Assembly (NCBI GenBank): GCA_016935045.1
Contig: JAFGRS010000340.1
Location: forward strand, 1 to 25,050
Reading direction: 5' to 3'
Length of the DNA: 25,050 nt
From: Lentisphaeria bacterium
Lineage (GTDB): Bacteria; Verrucomicrobiota; Lentisphaeria; Oligosphaerales; JAFGRS01
The notes under the pieces are model-generated. The model was given only the letters and a program-made list of their open reading frames with translations, did no database searches and was not told where the DNA came from. Numbering within the stretch: position 1 is the stretch's first letter; each line of letters begins with the position of its first letter. Shown one piece after another: positions 8,821 to 23,107 of the stretch. The position numbers were made by a program, and so were the translations under genes.

Positions 8821-11800
8821 ATGGGTGAGCGACAGAACTTCGGGAAACTCCGGGATGTGCTTGAGGTCCCCGACCTGATCGGGATCCAACTTCAATCCTA
8901 CGTGGACTTTCTGCAGCGGGGCGTGCCCCCGGACAAGCGCCGGAAGCAGGGGTTCCAGGAGGTTTTTCTCGAAGTTTTTCCCATCGAGAGTTTTGATCAG
9001 AACTGTGTTCTGGACTTCGTGCGCTACGAGATCGGGGAGCCGAAGGTGCCGTTGGTGGACTGTCTCAAGGACGGCGGCACCTTTGCGGCGCCGCTGCACA
9101 TCGTGTTCCGCCTGAAGACGACCAAGGACACGAAGGAAGAACGCGTCTACATGGGCGACATCCCCATCATGACGGACCGCGGCAGCTTCGTCATCAACGG
9201 CGCGGAGCGGGTCATCGTCAGTCAGCTGCACCGCTCCCCCGGGATCTGCTTCGAGAGTTCGCGTCACGCCAGCGGCCGCATCCTCTACTCCTTCCGCATC
9301 ATCCCCGACCACGGCAGCTGGATGGAGGTGCAGTTCGACATCAACGATCACGTGTTCATCTACCTGGACCGCCGCCGCCGCCGGCGCAAGTTCCTGATCT
9401 CGACCTTCCTGCGGGCGATCGGATACGACACGACCCGGGAACTGCTCGAGGTGATGTACGAAGTGCGCCGGGAGAAGGTCGCCAGGCTGGCCAAGACCGA
9501 AGACCCGTCCGTCTTCTATACGGCAGCCGACATCCGTCTCGATGGGGTCGCCGAGGGGGAAGCCCTGGTGCCCGGCCTCGAGTCCCTGAACGCCGAGGTC
9601 CTGAAGAGCCTGAAGAAGGCCGGGATCGCCGAGATCGAGGTGGTGGACACCTCGGCCCTTGGCGACGCGTTCATCCGTTGCCTGCAGCGGGACCCCACCA
9701 GCAGCAGCGAGGAAGCGCTCAAGGAGATCTACCGCCGGCTGCGCCCCGGAGACCCCCCCAACGTCAACAATGCCAGGCAGTTGTTCAAGCGTCTGTTCTT
9801 CGATGTCCGGCGCTACGACCTGGGGTTGGTGGGCCGGCACAAGATCAACCAGAAGCTGGCCGACCTGTTCGGGATGCTGAAGCTGGAGACCCCGGCGTCC
9901 GACATGCGTACGCTGGCCAAGGAAGACCTCGTGGCCGCAACCGCGTACCTCATGCAGTTGCGCAACGGCGACGGCCAGGTGGACGACATCGACCACCTCG
10001 GGCGCCGGCGCGTGCGCACCGTGGGCGAGCTGCTGCAGAACCAATGCCGGGTCGGCCTGGTGCGCACGGAAAGGCTCGTGCGGGAACGCATGACCCTCTT
10101 CGACATGAACGGAGACGAGGTGACCCCCTCGAAACTCGTCAACCCCAAGGCCCTTGCCGGCGTCATCCGCGACTTCTTCGGCCGCAACCAGCTCAGTCAG
10201 TTCATGGACCAGACCAACTGCCTGGCCGAGCTGACCAACAAGCGTCGCCTGAGCGCCCTCGGCCCGGGGGGACTGAGCCGGGAACGCGCCGGATTCGAGG
10301 TCCGCGACGTCCATTCCAGCCACTACGGCCGCGTCTGTCCCATCGAAACCCCGGAAGGACCCAACATCGGCCTGATCTCCTCCCTCGCCCTCTATGCCCG
10401 CATCAATGACTTCGGCTTCATCGAGACGCCCTACCGCCGCGTGCGCAATGGACGGGTCGGCAACGAGATCGACTTCCTGGCCGCGGACGTCGAGGAACGC
10501 TATGTCGTCGCCCAGGCCAACGCACCCCTGGACGCGAAGAACCACTTCGCCAACGAATACGTGCTGTCACGCCTGCGCGGCGACTCGGGAGAACACCCTG
10601 CCGGCGAGGTGGAGTACATGGACGTGTCCCCGAAGCAGCTCGTCAGCGCCGCGGCGGGACTCATCCCGTTCCTCGAACACAACGACGCGAACCGGGCCCT
10701 CATGGGTTCGAACATGCAGCGGCAGGCCGTACCCGTCATCCAGCCGGAGGCGCCCTACGTGGGCACGGGTCTCGAAGGGGTGGTGGCACGGGATTCCCGG
10801 GCCGTCGTCTGCGCCGACTGCGACGGCGTGGTTGTGTCCGCCACCGCCGACCGCATCGTGGTGGCCCCCGGCGGCAGGAAGCACACCGACGAGCGGCGCG
10901 TTTACGAACTCTACAAGTTCATGCGCTCGAATGCGTCGACCATCATCACCCAGCGCCCCGTCGTACGCACCGGCGACACGGTCAAGAACGGGCAGGTGAT
11001 TGCGGACGGGGCCAGCACGGACGGCGGCGAACTGGCCCTCGGGCGCAACGCGATGGTGGCCTTCATGCCCTGGCGGGGCTACAACTTCGAGGATGCCATC
11101 GTGGTCAGCGACAGGCTGGTGCGGGAGGATACCTACACGAGCATCCACATCAGCGAGTACGACATCACGGCCCGGGACACCAAACTCGGCCCCGAGGAAA
11201 TCACCCGGGACATCCCCAACGTGGGCGAAGAAGCCCTGCGGAACCTCGACAGCGAGGGCGTGATCCGGATCGGCGCCGAAGTCAAGGCGGGGGATATCCT
11301 GGTCGGCAAGATCACGCCCAAGAGCGAGACCGAGCTGGCGCCGGAGGAACGCCTGCTGCGCGCCATCTTCGGCGAGAAGGCGGCGGACGTCAAGGACAGC
11401 AGCCTGCTGGTCTCCGGAGGCAGCTCCGGAATCGTCATGGACGTGCGGATCGAGCGCAAGGTGGACCCCACCAAGGAGAAGCTCACGCGCCAGGAAGTCC
11501 GCCGCCAGGTCAAGGAGGCCGGCAACCTCTACAAGGCCCAGATCGGCGAAATCCTGGACGAACTGGCAGACAAGCTGGCTGACATCCTCCTCGGCTCCAA
11601 GCTCCCCGTGCCCATCTGCAAGACCGAGGCGGCGGGCGGCGGCGAGATCATCCCCGCGGACCGCAAGATCACCAAGGTGATGCTCAAGCGCCTGGCCCAG
11701 TGCTACGAATACTACGTCCTGCCGGAGGGCCCGGCCAAGGACCAGATCGACGAGATCGTGCGGGGTTTCCGGCTGCGGATTCGGGACATCGCCCTGCGCC

Positions 11801-12684
11801 AGGACGAGACCATCGAGCGCCTGGAGACCGGCGACGGCAGCGACCCCGGCATCATCAAGAGCGTCAAGGTCTACGTGGCCAGCAAGCGGCGCCTGGCGGT
11901 GGGAGACAAGATGGCGGGCCGTCACGGCAACAAGGGTATTGTCGCCAAGATCGTGCCCGTGGAGGACATGCCCTTCATGGCGGACGGCACGCCGGTGGAC
12001 GTCGTGCTCAATCCTCTGGGCGTGCCCAGCCGCATGAACGTCGGCCAGGTGCTCGAGACCCACGTCGGCTGGGCCGCCAGCATTCTCGGCCTGAAGGTGG
12101 CCACTCCGGTCTTTGACGGCATGAACGAGGCGGCGATCCACCAGCTTCTCGGGGAAGCCAAGAAGCTCAAGGTCAAAGAGATGGGCTGGAAGATCCGGCG
12201 GGACGGCGCCGTGGTGGATGACCGCGGCCGGGATCGCACGGAGTGCCTGGTGGATACGGACGGCAAGACCCGCCTCTTCGACGGCCGCACCGGGACGCCC
12301 TTCGCACAACGGGTCATGGTGGGCCAGATCTACATGCTCAAGCTCGACCACCTCGTGGTCAACAAGATCCATGCCCGGGCCGTGGGACCCTATTCCCTCG
12401 TCACCCAGCAGCCTCTCGGCGGCAAGGCCCAGCACGGGGGGCAGCGCTTCGGCGAGATGGAGGTGTGGGCACTGGAAGCCTACGGCGCAGCGCACACCCT
12501 GCAGGAAATGCTCACCGTCAAGAGTGACGACGTGGTGGGCCGGACCAAGATCTACGAGTCCATCATGCGGGGGGACTGCACCCTCGAAGCCGGAACGCCC
12601 GAGAGCTTCAACGTTCTCATGCGTGAAATGATGAGCCTGTGCCTGGATGTGCGCGTGCGACGCGGCAAAGGGGCGTTGGCCTGA
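8821..12684 (+). CDS. rpoB: RNA polymerase beta subunit
   Basis: FVINGAERVIVSQLHRSPG, SQFMDQ, IETPEGPNIGL, GDKMAGRHGNKG, GQRFGEME. Start taken at ATG 8821 (MGERQNF); the upstream GTG 8764 lies at the foot of the hairpin. Confidence 0.99.
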   Translation: MGERQNFGKLRDVLEVPDLIGIQLQSYVDFLQRGVPPDKRRKQGFQEVFLEVFPIESFDQNCVLDFVRYEIGEPKVPLVDCLKDGGTFAAPLHIVFRLKTTKDTKEERVYMGDIPIMTDRGSFVINGAERVIVSQLHRSPGICFESSRHASGRILYSFRIIPDHGSWMEVQFDINDHVFIYLDRRRRRRKFLISTFLRAIGYDTTRELLEVMYEVRREKVARLAKTEDPSVFYTAADIRLDGVAEGEALVPGLESLNAEVLKSLKKAGIAEIEVVDTSALGDAFIRCLQRDPTSSSEEALKEIYRRLRPGDPPNVNNARQLFKRLFFDVRRYDLGLVGRHKINQKLADLFGMLKLETPASDMRTLAKEDLVAATAYLMQLRNGDGQVDDIDHLGRRRVRTVGELLQNQCRVGLVRTERLVRERMTLFDMNGDEVTPSKLVNPKALAGVIRDFFGRNQLSQFMDQTNCLAELTNKRRLSALGPGGLSRERAGFEVRDVHSSHYGRVCPIETPEGPNIGLISSLALYARINDFGFIETPYRRVRNGRVGNEIDFLAADVEERYVVAQANAPLDAKNHFANEYVLSRLRGDSGEHPAGEVEYMDVSPKQLVSAAAGLIPFLEHNDANRALMGSNMQRQAVPVIQPEAPYVGTGLEGVVARDSRAVVCADCDGVVVSATADRIVVAPGGRKHTDERRVYELYKFMRSNASTIITQRPVVRTGDTVKNGQVIADGASTDGGELALGRNAMVAFMPWRGYNFEDAIVVSDRLVREDTYTSIHISEYDITARDTKLGPEEITRDIPNVGEEALRNLDSEGVIRIGAEVKAGDILVGKITPKSETELAPEERLLRAIFGEKAADVKDSSLLVSGGSSGIVMDVRIERKVDPTKEKLTRQEVRRQVKEAGNLYKAQIGEILDELADKLADILLGSKLPVPICKTEAAGGGEIIPADRKITKVMLKRLAQCYEYYVLPEGPAKDQIDEIVRGFRLRIRDIALRQDETIERLETGDGSDPGIIKSVKVYVASKRRLAVGDKMAGRHGNKGIVAKIVPVEDMPFMADGTPVDVVLNPLGVPSRMNVGQVLETHVGWAASILGLKVATPVFDGMNEAAIHQLLGEAKKLKVKEMGWKIRRDGAVVDDRGRDRTECLVDTDGKTRLFDGRTGTPFAQRVMVGQIYMLKLDHLVVNKIHARAVGPYSLVTQQPLGGKAQHGGQRFGEMEVWALEAYGAAHTLQEMLTVKSDDVVGRTKIYESIMRGDCTLEAGTPESFNVLMREMMSLCLDVRVRRGKGALA

Positions 12685-12738
12685 CGGACAACCCTGCGGA
12701 CGGCAGACCGAACAGATTCCCATAGGAGGGCTGTATCC

Positions 12739-16956
<4,218 letters not shown>

Positions 16957-17003
16957 GCCGTGCACGGACCGTTGCAGGTGCCCACGGGAGCGCCGCCGGC
17001 GCT

Positions 17004-17065
17004 CGCGAGCTTCCCCGGGCCTGGAGCGCGAGCGTACTCGCGAGCTTCCCGGCGTTGACGGAGGC
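17004..17065. repeat. Dispersed ~62-nt element, copy 2, with two internal sub-repeats 35 nt apart
   Basis: CGCGAGCTTCCCCGGGCCTGGAGCGCGAGCGTACTCGCGAGCTTCCCGGCGTTGACGGAGGC; matches 1474-1536. Confidence 0.9.
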
Positions 17066-17105
17066 TGTACGCCGCGTACGCCCCATTTGCCCTTTGCGGC
17101 CGGCC

Positions 17106-17133
17106 TTGACTTGCCGACCCGGCGCGCTAGATT
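17106..17133 (+). promoter_or_regulatory. Putative sigma70 promoter of the rpsL (str) operon
   Basis: TTGACT-N16-TAGATT, 42 nt upstream of the rpsL ATG. Confidence 0.7.
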
Positions 17134-17175
17134 GTTGAGCTTGTGCTTCTGACACGTTCATGCAAGGAATGAAGA

Positions 17176-17547
17176 ATGCCGACCATCAACCAGCTCGTGC
17201 GAAGCGGCCGCAGCACGAAGGCCCGGAAGAACAAGGTCCGCGCGTTGGCCCAGTGTCCGCAGCGTCGAGGCGTCTGCCTCCAGGTGACCACGCGTACCCC
17301 GAAAAAGCCCAATTCGGCCCTGCGGAAGATCGCCAGGGTCCGTCTCACCAACGGCCAGGAGATCACGGCCTACGTCGGTGGCGAGGGGCATAACCTGCAG
17401 GAGCACAGCGTCGTGCTGGTGCGCGGGGGACGTGTCCGGGACCTGCCGGGCGTGCGCTACCATGTGGTGCGCGGCGCGCTGGATTCTCTCGGCGTGGAGG
17501 CGCGCCGGCGTGGGCGCAGCAAATACGGGGCCAAGCGTCCCAAGTGA
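17176..17547 (+). CDS. rpsL: 30S ribosomal protein S12 (Arg at position 88)
   Basis: [43 protein letters not shown]. Confidence 0.99.
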   Translation: MPTINQLVRSGRSTKARKNKVRALAQCPQRRGVCLQVTTRTPKKPNSALRKIARVRLTNGQEITAYVGGEGHNLQEHSVVLVRGGRVRDLPGVRYHVVRGALDSLGVEARRRGRSKYGAKRPK

Positions 17548-17689
17548 TCCACTCGGCAGCCATGACATGGGCCGATGGGCAAGGTGCAGATGCGGTCCTG
17601 CGGCACATCCTGACGGGGTGTAGGCAGGGGTCTGCCGGCAAACAGGGCGGTTCGGACCGCCACAACGACGGGGTAGACAGGGCGACGGC

Positions 17690-18160
17690 ATGAGAAGGCG
17701 CAGGGCGGAAAAACGTCAGATTACACCGGATGTTCGCTTCAACAGCGAGCTTGTGGCACGCCTGATCAGCACGATCATGGAGCGTGGCAAGCGGTCCACG
17801 GCCGAGCACATCGTCTACGGGGCCCTGGATGCCATCGGGGAACGCCGCAAGGACGTCGAACCCCTCGAAGTCTTCCTGCAGGCCCTCGAAAACGTGCGTC
17901 CGCGTCTCGAAGTCAAGAGCCGACGCGTCGGCGGCGCCACCTACCAGGTGCCCATCGAGGTGGTGCCGGAACGCCAGGTCGCGGTGGCGTTGCGCTGGAT
18001 CGTGCAGTACGCCCGCGCGCGCCGCGGTATGCCCATGGGACGTGCCCTGGCGGCCGAGCTGATGGATGCCTACGACAATACGGGCAACGCGGTGAAAAAG
18101 CGCGACGACACGCACAAGATGGCCAACGCGAACAAGGCCTTTGCCCATTACCGGTGGTAA
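17690..18160 (+). CDS. rpsG: 30S ribosomal protein S7
   Basis: [37 protein letters not shown]. Confidence 0.99.
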   Translation: MRRRRAEKRQITPDVRFNSELVARLISTIMERGKRSTAEHIVYGALDAIGERRKDVEPLEVFLQALENVRPRLEVKSRRVGGATYQVPIEVVPERQVAVALRWIVQYARARRGMPMGRALAAELMDAYDNTGNAVKKRDDTHKMANANKAFAHYRW

Positions 18161-18202
18161 ACGGGGGTTGACGCCTTTCCGGCGCATGTACGGTGTGCAG
18201 TC

Positions 18203-20296
18203 ATGCCAGACGAAGCGGGAAACAACGGCGCCTCTGTCGCCGCCCCAAGGCGGGCGGTCCCGCTTGCGCGCGTGCGCAATATCGGCATCATGGCGCACAT
18301 TGACGCCGGGAAGACGACCCTGACCGAGCGCATCCTCTACTACACCGGCGTGACGCCCTTCGTGGGGGAAGTCCACGAGGGGACGGCCACCATGGACTGG
18401 ATGATCCAGGAGCGGGAGAGGGGTATCAGCATCACCAGTGCCGCCACGGTGTGCCCTTGGCGCGAACACCGCATCCATCTCATCGATACCCCCGGCCACG
18501 TGGATTTCACTGCCGAGGTGGAGCGCAGTCTGCGGGTCCTCGACGGCGCGGTGGCGGTGTTCTGCGGCATGCACGGGGTGCAGCCCCAGTCCGAGAAGGT
18601 CTGGCGCCAGGCCCGACGGCACGGGATTCCCGTGATCGCCTTCGTGAACAAGATGGATCGTCCCGGCGCCAGCCTCCACAACGTGGTCCAGAGCATTCAG
18701 GCCAAACTCCATCCCACCCCATTGCCCATCCAGTTCCCCCTCGGCGACGCCTCCGGGTTCCGCGGGGTCGTGGACCTGGTCACCATGCGGGCCGTCCTCT
18801 TCGACGGACACCACGGCATGTCCGAAGAGCCCATCCCCGCAGAGGTCGAAATCGACGCCGAGGTGGGGCGGGCACTGCTGGTGGAATGCCTGGCCGAAAT
18901 CGACGACGTCATCATGGACCGCTTCCTCAACGGCACGGAACCGACACCCGAAGAACTGCGGCACGCCCTGCGCGGCGGGACCCTCCGCGGAGACGTCGTG
19001 CCCGTGCTCTGCGGCAGCGCCCTGCACAACATGGGCGTGCGGCTGCTGCTCGACTCCGTGCTGGACTACCTGCCTTCGCCGGTCGACCGGGATACGGTTC
19101 CCGGCATCGAGCCGGTCAGTGGCCGGCACGTCTGTCGACGCGTTGACGACGACGAGGCGTTCTCGGCCGTTGCCTTCAAGATCGCCGGCTGCCGGCGTTC
19201 CGGTCGCCTGGCGTACGTGCGGATCTACAGCGGCACGGCCCGCCCGGGAATGGTCGTGCGCAATGCCCGCACCGGCGCCGATGAACGCCTCCAGGGCGTC
19301 CTCCAGGTCCACGCCGACCAGGCCGCCGAACGCCTGGGCGCCTTCAGTGGCGACATCGCGGCCGTCACCGGCCTGAGCGAGGAGACACGCACCGGAGATA
19401 CCCTCTGCGCCCCGGATGCACCCATCGCCCTGGCGCCGGTCTCGTTCCCGGAACCCGTCGTCAGCATGGCCGTGGAAGCCTGCGCCGCGGAAGACCGCGA
19501 ACGCCTCCACGAAGCCCTGCGGCAGATCGCCTACGAAGACCCCACCTTCCGGGTGCGGACGGACTGCGGTACCGGCCAGACCCTCATCGCCGGCATGGGC
19601 GAACTCCACCTCGACATCGTCCGGGACCGGCTCGAACGCGACTTCGGCGTCCGCATCCTGGTGGGATGCCCCCGCGTCAACTACCGCGAAACCGTCCTCC
19701 GACCCGCCGCCGCCCAGATGACCTTCGTCCGGCAGACGGGGATGGTGCGGCAGTACGCCGCCATCTCCCTTGACGTCGTGCCTCTGTCCCCGGGGCAGGG
19801 GTTCAGCGTCTCCATCGAGGCCCCCGAGGAACGGCTCCCGAGTGTCTTCGTCAATGCGGTTGAGGCCGGCGTCCGGGAAGCGGCCGCGAACGGGGTGGAC
19901 GGGGATCGGCCGTTGACCGACTGCCACGTGCGGGTGTCCGATGGCGCCTACGATGCCGGGGATTCCACGGACCTGGCCTTCCGTACGGCGGCTGCTCTGG
20001 CGCTCCGGGACGCGGTGCGCAAGGGCGGCGTGACGGTCCTCGAACCCATCCTGGCCGTCGAGGTGACCTCGCCGCGGGAACACATGGGAGAGGTCATCGG
20101 CGACCTGTCCAGTCGCCGGGGACGGATCACGGAAGTCGACACGGCGGCCATGGGGGCGGCGCGCATCAACGCCCACGTTCCCCTGGCGGAGCTGTTCGGG
20201 TATGCCACCGCGCTGCGCTCCCTCACCCGAGGACGGGCGGACGTCGTGGCGGAGCCGTCCCACTACGAGCCGGTTCCGGCTGAGTCAACGAAATAG
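18203..20296 (+). CDS. fusA: Elongation factor G family GTPase, divergent (spdEFG2-like candidate)
   Basis: AHIDAGKTT, RGISI, DTPGHVDF, NKMD, GSAL, GMGELHL, YRET, domain V LEPI...GDLSSRRG; located after rpsG. Domain IV tip loops are non-canonical. Confidence 0.92.
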   Translation: MPDEAGNNGASVAAPRRAVPLARVRNIGIMAHIDAGKTTLTERILYYTGVTPFVGEVHEGTATMDWMIQERERGISITSAATVCPWREHRIHLIDTPGHVDFTAEVERSLRVLDGAVAVFCGMHGVQPQSEKVWRQARRHGIPVIAFVNKMDRPGASLHNVVQSIQAKLHPTPLPIQFPLGDASGFRGVVDLVTMRAVLFDGHHGMSEEPIPAEVEIDAEVGRALLVECLAEIDDVIMDRFLNGTEPTPEELRHALRGGTLRGDVVPVLCGSALHNMGVRLLLDSVLDYLPSPVDRDTVPGIEPVSGRHVCRRVDDDEAFSAVAFKIAGCRRSGRLAYVRIYSGTARPGMVVRNARTGADERLQGVLQVHADQAAERLGAFSGDIAAVTGLSEETRTGDTLCAPDAPIALAPVSFPEPVVSMAVEACAAEDRERLHEALRQIAYEDPTFRVRTDCGTGQTLIAGMGELHLDIVRDRLERDFGVRILVGCPRVNYRETVLRPAAAQMTFVRQTGMVRQYAAISLDVVPLSPGQGFSVSIEAPEERLPSVFVNAVEAGVREAAANGVDGDRPLTDCHVRVSDGAYDAGDSTDLAFRTAAALALRDAVRKGGVTVLEPILAVEVTSPREHMGEVIGDLSSRRGRITEVDTAAMGAARINAHVPLAELFGYATALRSLTRGRADVVAEPSHYEPVPAESTK

Positions 20297-20320
20297 CACG
20301 AGAGAGGCCCGAGAACAGAC

Positions 20321-20632
20321 ATGGCAGGCAGGCAAACCATACGCATCCGGCTCCAGGCCTTCGAACACGGGATCTTGGATCAATCCACCGGGGAGATCGT
20401 CAGCACGGTCAAACGGACCGGCGCTCACGTCGCCGGCCCCATCCCGTTGCCGACGCGGATCGAGCGCTTTACCGTGAACCGCTCTCCCCATGTGGACAAG
20501 AAATCCATGGAGCAGTTCGAGATCCGCACCCACAAGCGGGTCCTCGACATCATTGACCCGACGGCGAAGACGGTTGACGAACTGAAGAAACTCAACCTCC
20601 CGGCCGGCGTCGACATCAGCATCAAGATCTGA
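20321..20632 (+). CDS. rpsJ: 30S ribosomal protein S10
   Basis: [37 protein letters not shown]. Confidence 0.99.
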   Translation: MAGRQTIRIRLQAFEHGILDQSTGEIVSTVKRTGAHVAGPIPLPTRIERFTVNRSPHVDKKSMEQFEIRTHKRVLDIIDPTAKTVDELKKLNLPAGVDISIKI

Positions 20633-20649
20633 GCGGGAGGACCACACCC

Positions 20650-21285
20650 ATGACCAAAGGACTGATCGGCAGAAAACTCGGCATGACCCACGTCTACGAC
20701 GCGGAAGGAAACGTGATCGCGGTCACGGTCATCCAGGCCGGCCCCTGTCCCGTGCTCGCCCTCCGTACCCGGGAGCGGGACGGCTACAGCGCCATGCAGC
20801 TGGGCTTTGGCGCGCGTAAACCCAAGAACGTCACCAAGGCCGTGCGCGGGCACGTCCGAGCGGCCGGGCTGGAGGATACGCCGCCCGCGGTCATCCAAGA
20901 GGTCCGTCTGGATGCGGACCCGACGGCGAGCGTGGGGGACGTCGTGGGGGCGGGGGTGTTTGCGAAGGACGAGTACGTGGACGTGTCGGGCCTCACCAAG
21001 GGCAAGGGGTTCCAGGGCGTCGTTCGGCGCTGGCGCTTTGGCGGCGGTCGTGCCTCCCATGGCGGCGGCTGGCATCGTCGAACGGGCTCCATCGGCATGA
21101 ACGTCAGTCCGGCCCGGGTGCAGAAGAACAAGAAGATGCCAGGCCACATGGGCAACGTCATGCGTACCGTGCAGAACTTGCGTGTCGTCGATGTGCGCGC
21201 GGATGAGAATCTGATCCTGGTCCAGGGAGCCATCCCGGGGGCCACGGACGGCATGGTACTCGTGCGCAACGCCGTGAAGCGATAG
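20650..21285 (+). CDS. rplC: 50S ribosomal protein L3
   Basis: [31 protein letters not shown]. Confidence 0.99.
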   Translation: MTKGLIGRKLGMTHVYDAEGNVIAVTVIQAGPCPVLALRTRERDGYSAMQLGFGARKPKNVTKAVRGHVRAAGLEDTPPAVIQEVRLDADPTASVGDVVGAGVFAKDEYVDVSGLTKGKGFQGVVRRWRFGGGRASHGGGWHRRTGSIGMNVSPARVQKNKKMPGHMGNVMRTVQNLRVVDVRADENLILVQGAIPGATDGMVLVRNAVKR

Positions 21286-21300
21286 GAGCGCAACCTGACC

Positions 21301-21930
21301 ATGTCTACCACCATATCCGTTGTCAATGCCAAAGCCGATGCACCCGCCGAAATCGAGCTCCAGGATGGCTGGCTCGAACGCGATCGGGGCGAACAGGCGG
21401 TGCACGACTCCGTCGTCGCTTACCTCGCCGGACGCCGGGCCGGGACCGCCAGCACCAAAACCCGCAGCTATATCCGGGGCAGCAGCAGCAAGCCCTGGCG
21501 GCAGAAGGGCACCGGGCGCGCCCGGGCCGGCAGCCGCAAGAGCCCCCTCTGGCGTGGCGGCGCCGTCGTCTTCGGCCCCCTGCCGCGGTCCTATGCCAAG
21601 AACGTGAACCGCAAGGTGGAACGCCTCGCCCTGCGTCGAGCCTTCACCCAACGCCTCGATGCCGGCGAAGTGATCGTGGTGGACGAGGTGGCCGTCGAGG
21701 CCCCCAAAACGCGTCAGATGGTGGACTTCCTCGAAGGCATCGGCGCGGGCCAGGACGCCCTCGTGCTTGTGGACCGCGTCTCCCCCGAGGTGGCCATGGC
21801 CGCCCGCAACCTGCCTGCCGTGTGCGTCATGCACGCGGCTTCGGTCAACACGTACCTGCTCCTGCAGTTCGGCAAGATCGTGCTGAACCGGGCGGGCCTG
21901 GAAGAACTCGGCAAGCGCCTGGCGCGGTGA
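21301..21930 (+). CDS. rplD: 50S ribosomal protein L4
   Basis: [34 protein letters not shown]. Confidence 0.99.
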   Translation: MSTTISVVNAKADAPAEIELQDGWLERDRGEQAVHDSVVAYLAGRRAGTASTKTRSYIRGSSSKPWRQKGTGRARAGSRKSPLWRGGAVVFGPLPRSYAKNVNRKVERLALRRAFTQRLDAGEVIVVDEVAVEAPKTRQMVDFLEGIGAGQDALVLVDRVSPEVAMAARNLPAVCVMHAASVNTYLLLQFGKIVLNRAGLEELGKRLAR

Positions 21931-21946
21931 CGGAGGATAGGACCCG

Positions 21947-22225
21947 ATGGATCCCTATGCGATTGTGCACACGATTCTGGTCACGGAGAAGGGGACCGTC
22001 CTCGCGGACCACCTGAACCAGTACACGTTCCGGGTCGCCAAGGACGCCAACAAGATTCAGATCCGGTCGGCGGTCGAGGCCCTCTTCGAGGTCAAGGTCC
22101 GGGCCGTCAATGTCATGAACCGCCAGGGGAAGCGAAAGCGCCTGCGCTCCGCCAACTATGGCAAACGGCCCGATTGGAAGAAGGCCGTCGTCACCCTGGC
22201 CGAGGGACACATCGATATCCTCTAA
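21947..22225 (+). CDS. rplW: 50S ribosomal protein L23
   Basis: [37 protein letters not shown]. Confidence 0.98.
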   Translation: MDPYAIVHTILVTEKGTVLADHLNQYTFRVAKDANKIQIRSAVEALFEVKVRAVNVMNRQGKRKRLRSANYGKRPDWKKAVVTLAEGHIDIL

Positions 22226-22279
22226 ACCGCAGACGGGCAGGCCCACACCGCCGCCCCCGCGGAAAGGCAGTGAGAAACC

Positions 22280-23107
22280 ATGGCCATCAAAAGCTACAGA
22301 CCGACATCCCCGGGCCGCAGGCAGAGAACGGCCCTCGATACCGGCGAGATTACCCGCGACAAGCCCGAAAAACGCCTGACCCGTGGCAAGATCTCCACCG
22401 GAGGGCGTAACAACGCGGGACGCGTGACAACGCGTTTCCGCGGCGGCGGCGCCAAGCGCAGGGCGCGCCTGGTGGATTTCCGGCGTGACAAGGACGGCAT
22501 TCCGGCGAAGGTTGCCCATATCGAGTACGACCCCAATCGCAGTGCCCGCCTGGCGCTGTTGCACTATGTGGACGGCGAGAAACGGTACATCCTGGCGCCG
22601 GTCGGGCTGCGGCCCGGGGACACGGTCCTGAGCGGGCCGGAGGCGGAGTTCAAGCCGGGCAACGCGATGAAGCTGAAGGACATTCCGATGGGTGTCTCGA
22701 TCCATGCCATCGAGCTGGTTCCGGGCAAGGGTGCGGCGATGGTGCGGTCCGCGGGGCAGGTGGCGACGTTGCGTGCCAAGGAAGGCCAGTATGCCCAGGT
22801 GAAACTCCCGAGCGGGGAGGTACGCATGGTGCACCTGGAGTGCCGCGCCACCATCGGGCAGGTGGGCAATGTGGAGCACAGCGGCGTCAAGCTGGGCAAG
22901 GCCGGCCGCAAGCGGCATAAGGGTCGGCGTCCCCACGTGCGCGGTGTCGCCATGAACCCGGTGGACCATCCCATGGGTGGAGGCGAAGGCAGAACCAGCG
23001 GCGGCGGCCATCCCCAGTCGCCCTGGGGCCAGCTCGCCAAGGGCTTCAGAACTCGCGGCAAGCGCAAGGCGTCTACCAGGTTCATCGTGCAGCGGAGGAA
23101 GAAGTAG
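22280..23107 (+). CDS. rplB: 50S ribosomal protein L2
   Basis: [35 protein letters not shown]. Confidence 0.99.
   Translation: MAIKSYRPTSPGRRQRTALDTGEITRDKPEKRLTRGKISTGGRNNAGRVTTRFRGGGAKRRARLVDFRRDKDGIPAKVAHIEYDPNRSARLALLHYVDGEKRYILAPVGLRPGDTVLSGPEAEFKPGNAMKLKDIPMGVSIHAIELVPGKGAAMVRSAGQVATLRAKEGQYAQVKLPSGEVRMVHLECRATIGQVGNVEHSGVKLGKAGRKRHKGRRPHVRGVAMNPVDHPMGGGEGRTSGGGHPQSPWGQLAKGFRTRGKRKASTRFIVQRRKK

Noticed and set aside
18168-18194. Possible internal promoter before fusA (TTGACG ... TACGGT)
   Set aside because: Spacer is 15 nt and the -10 is poor; unsupported without TSS data.
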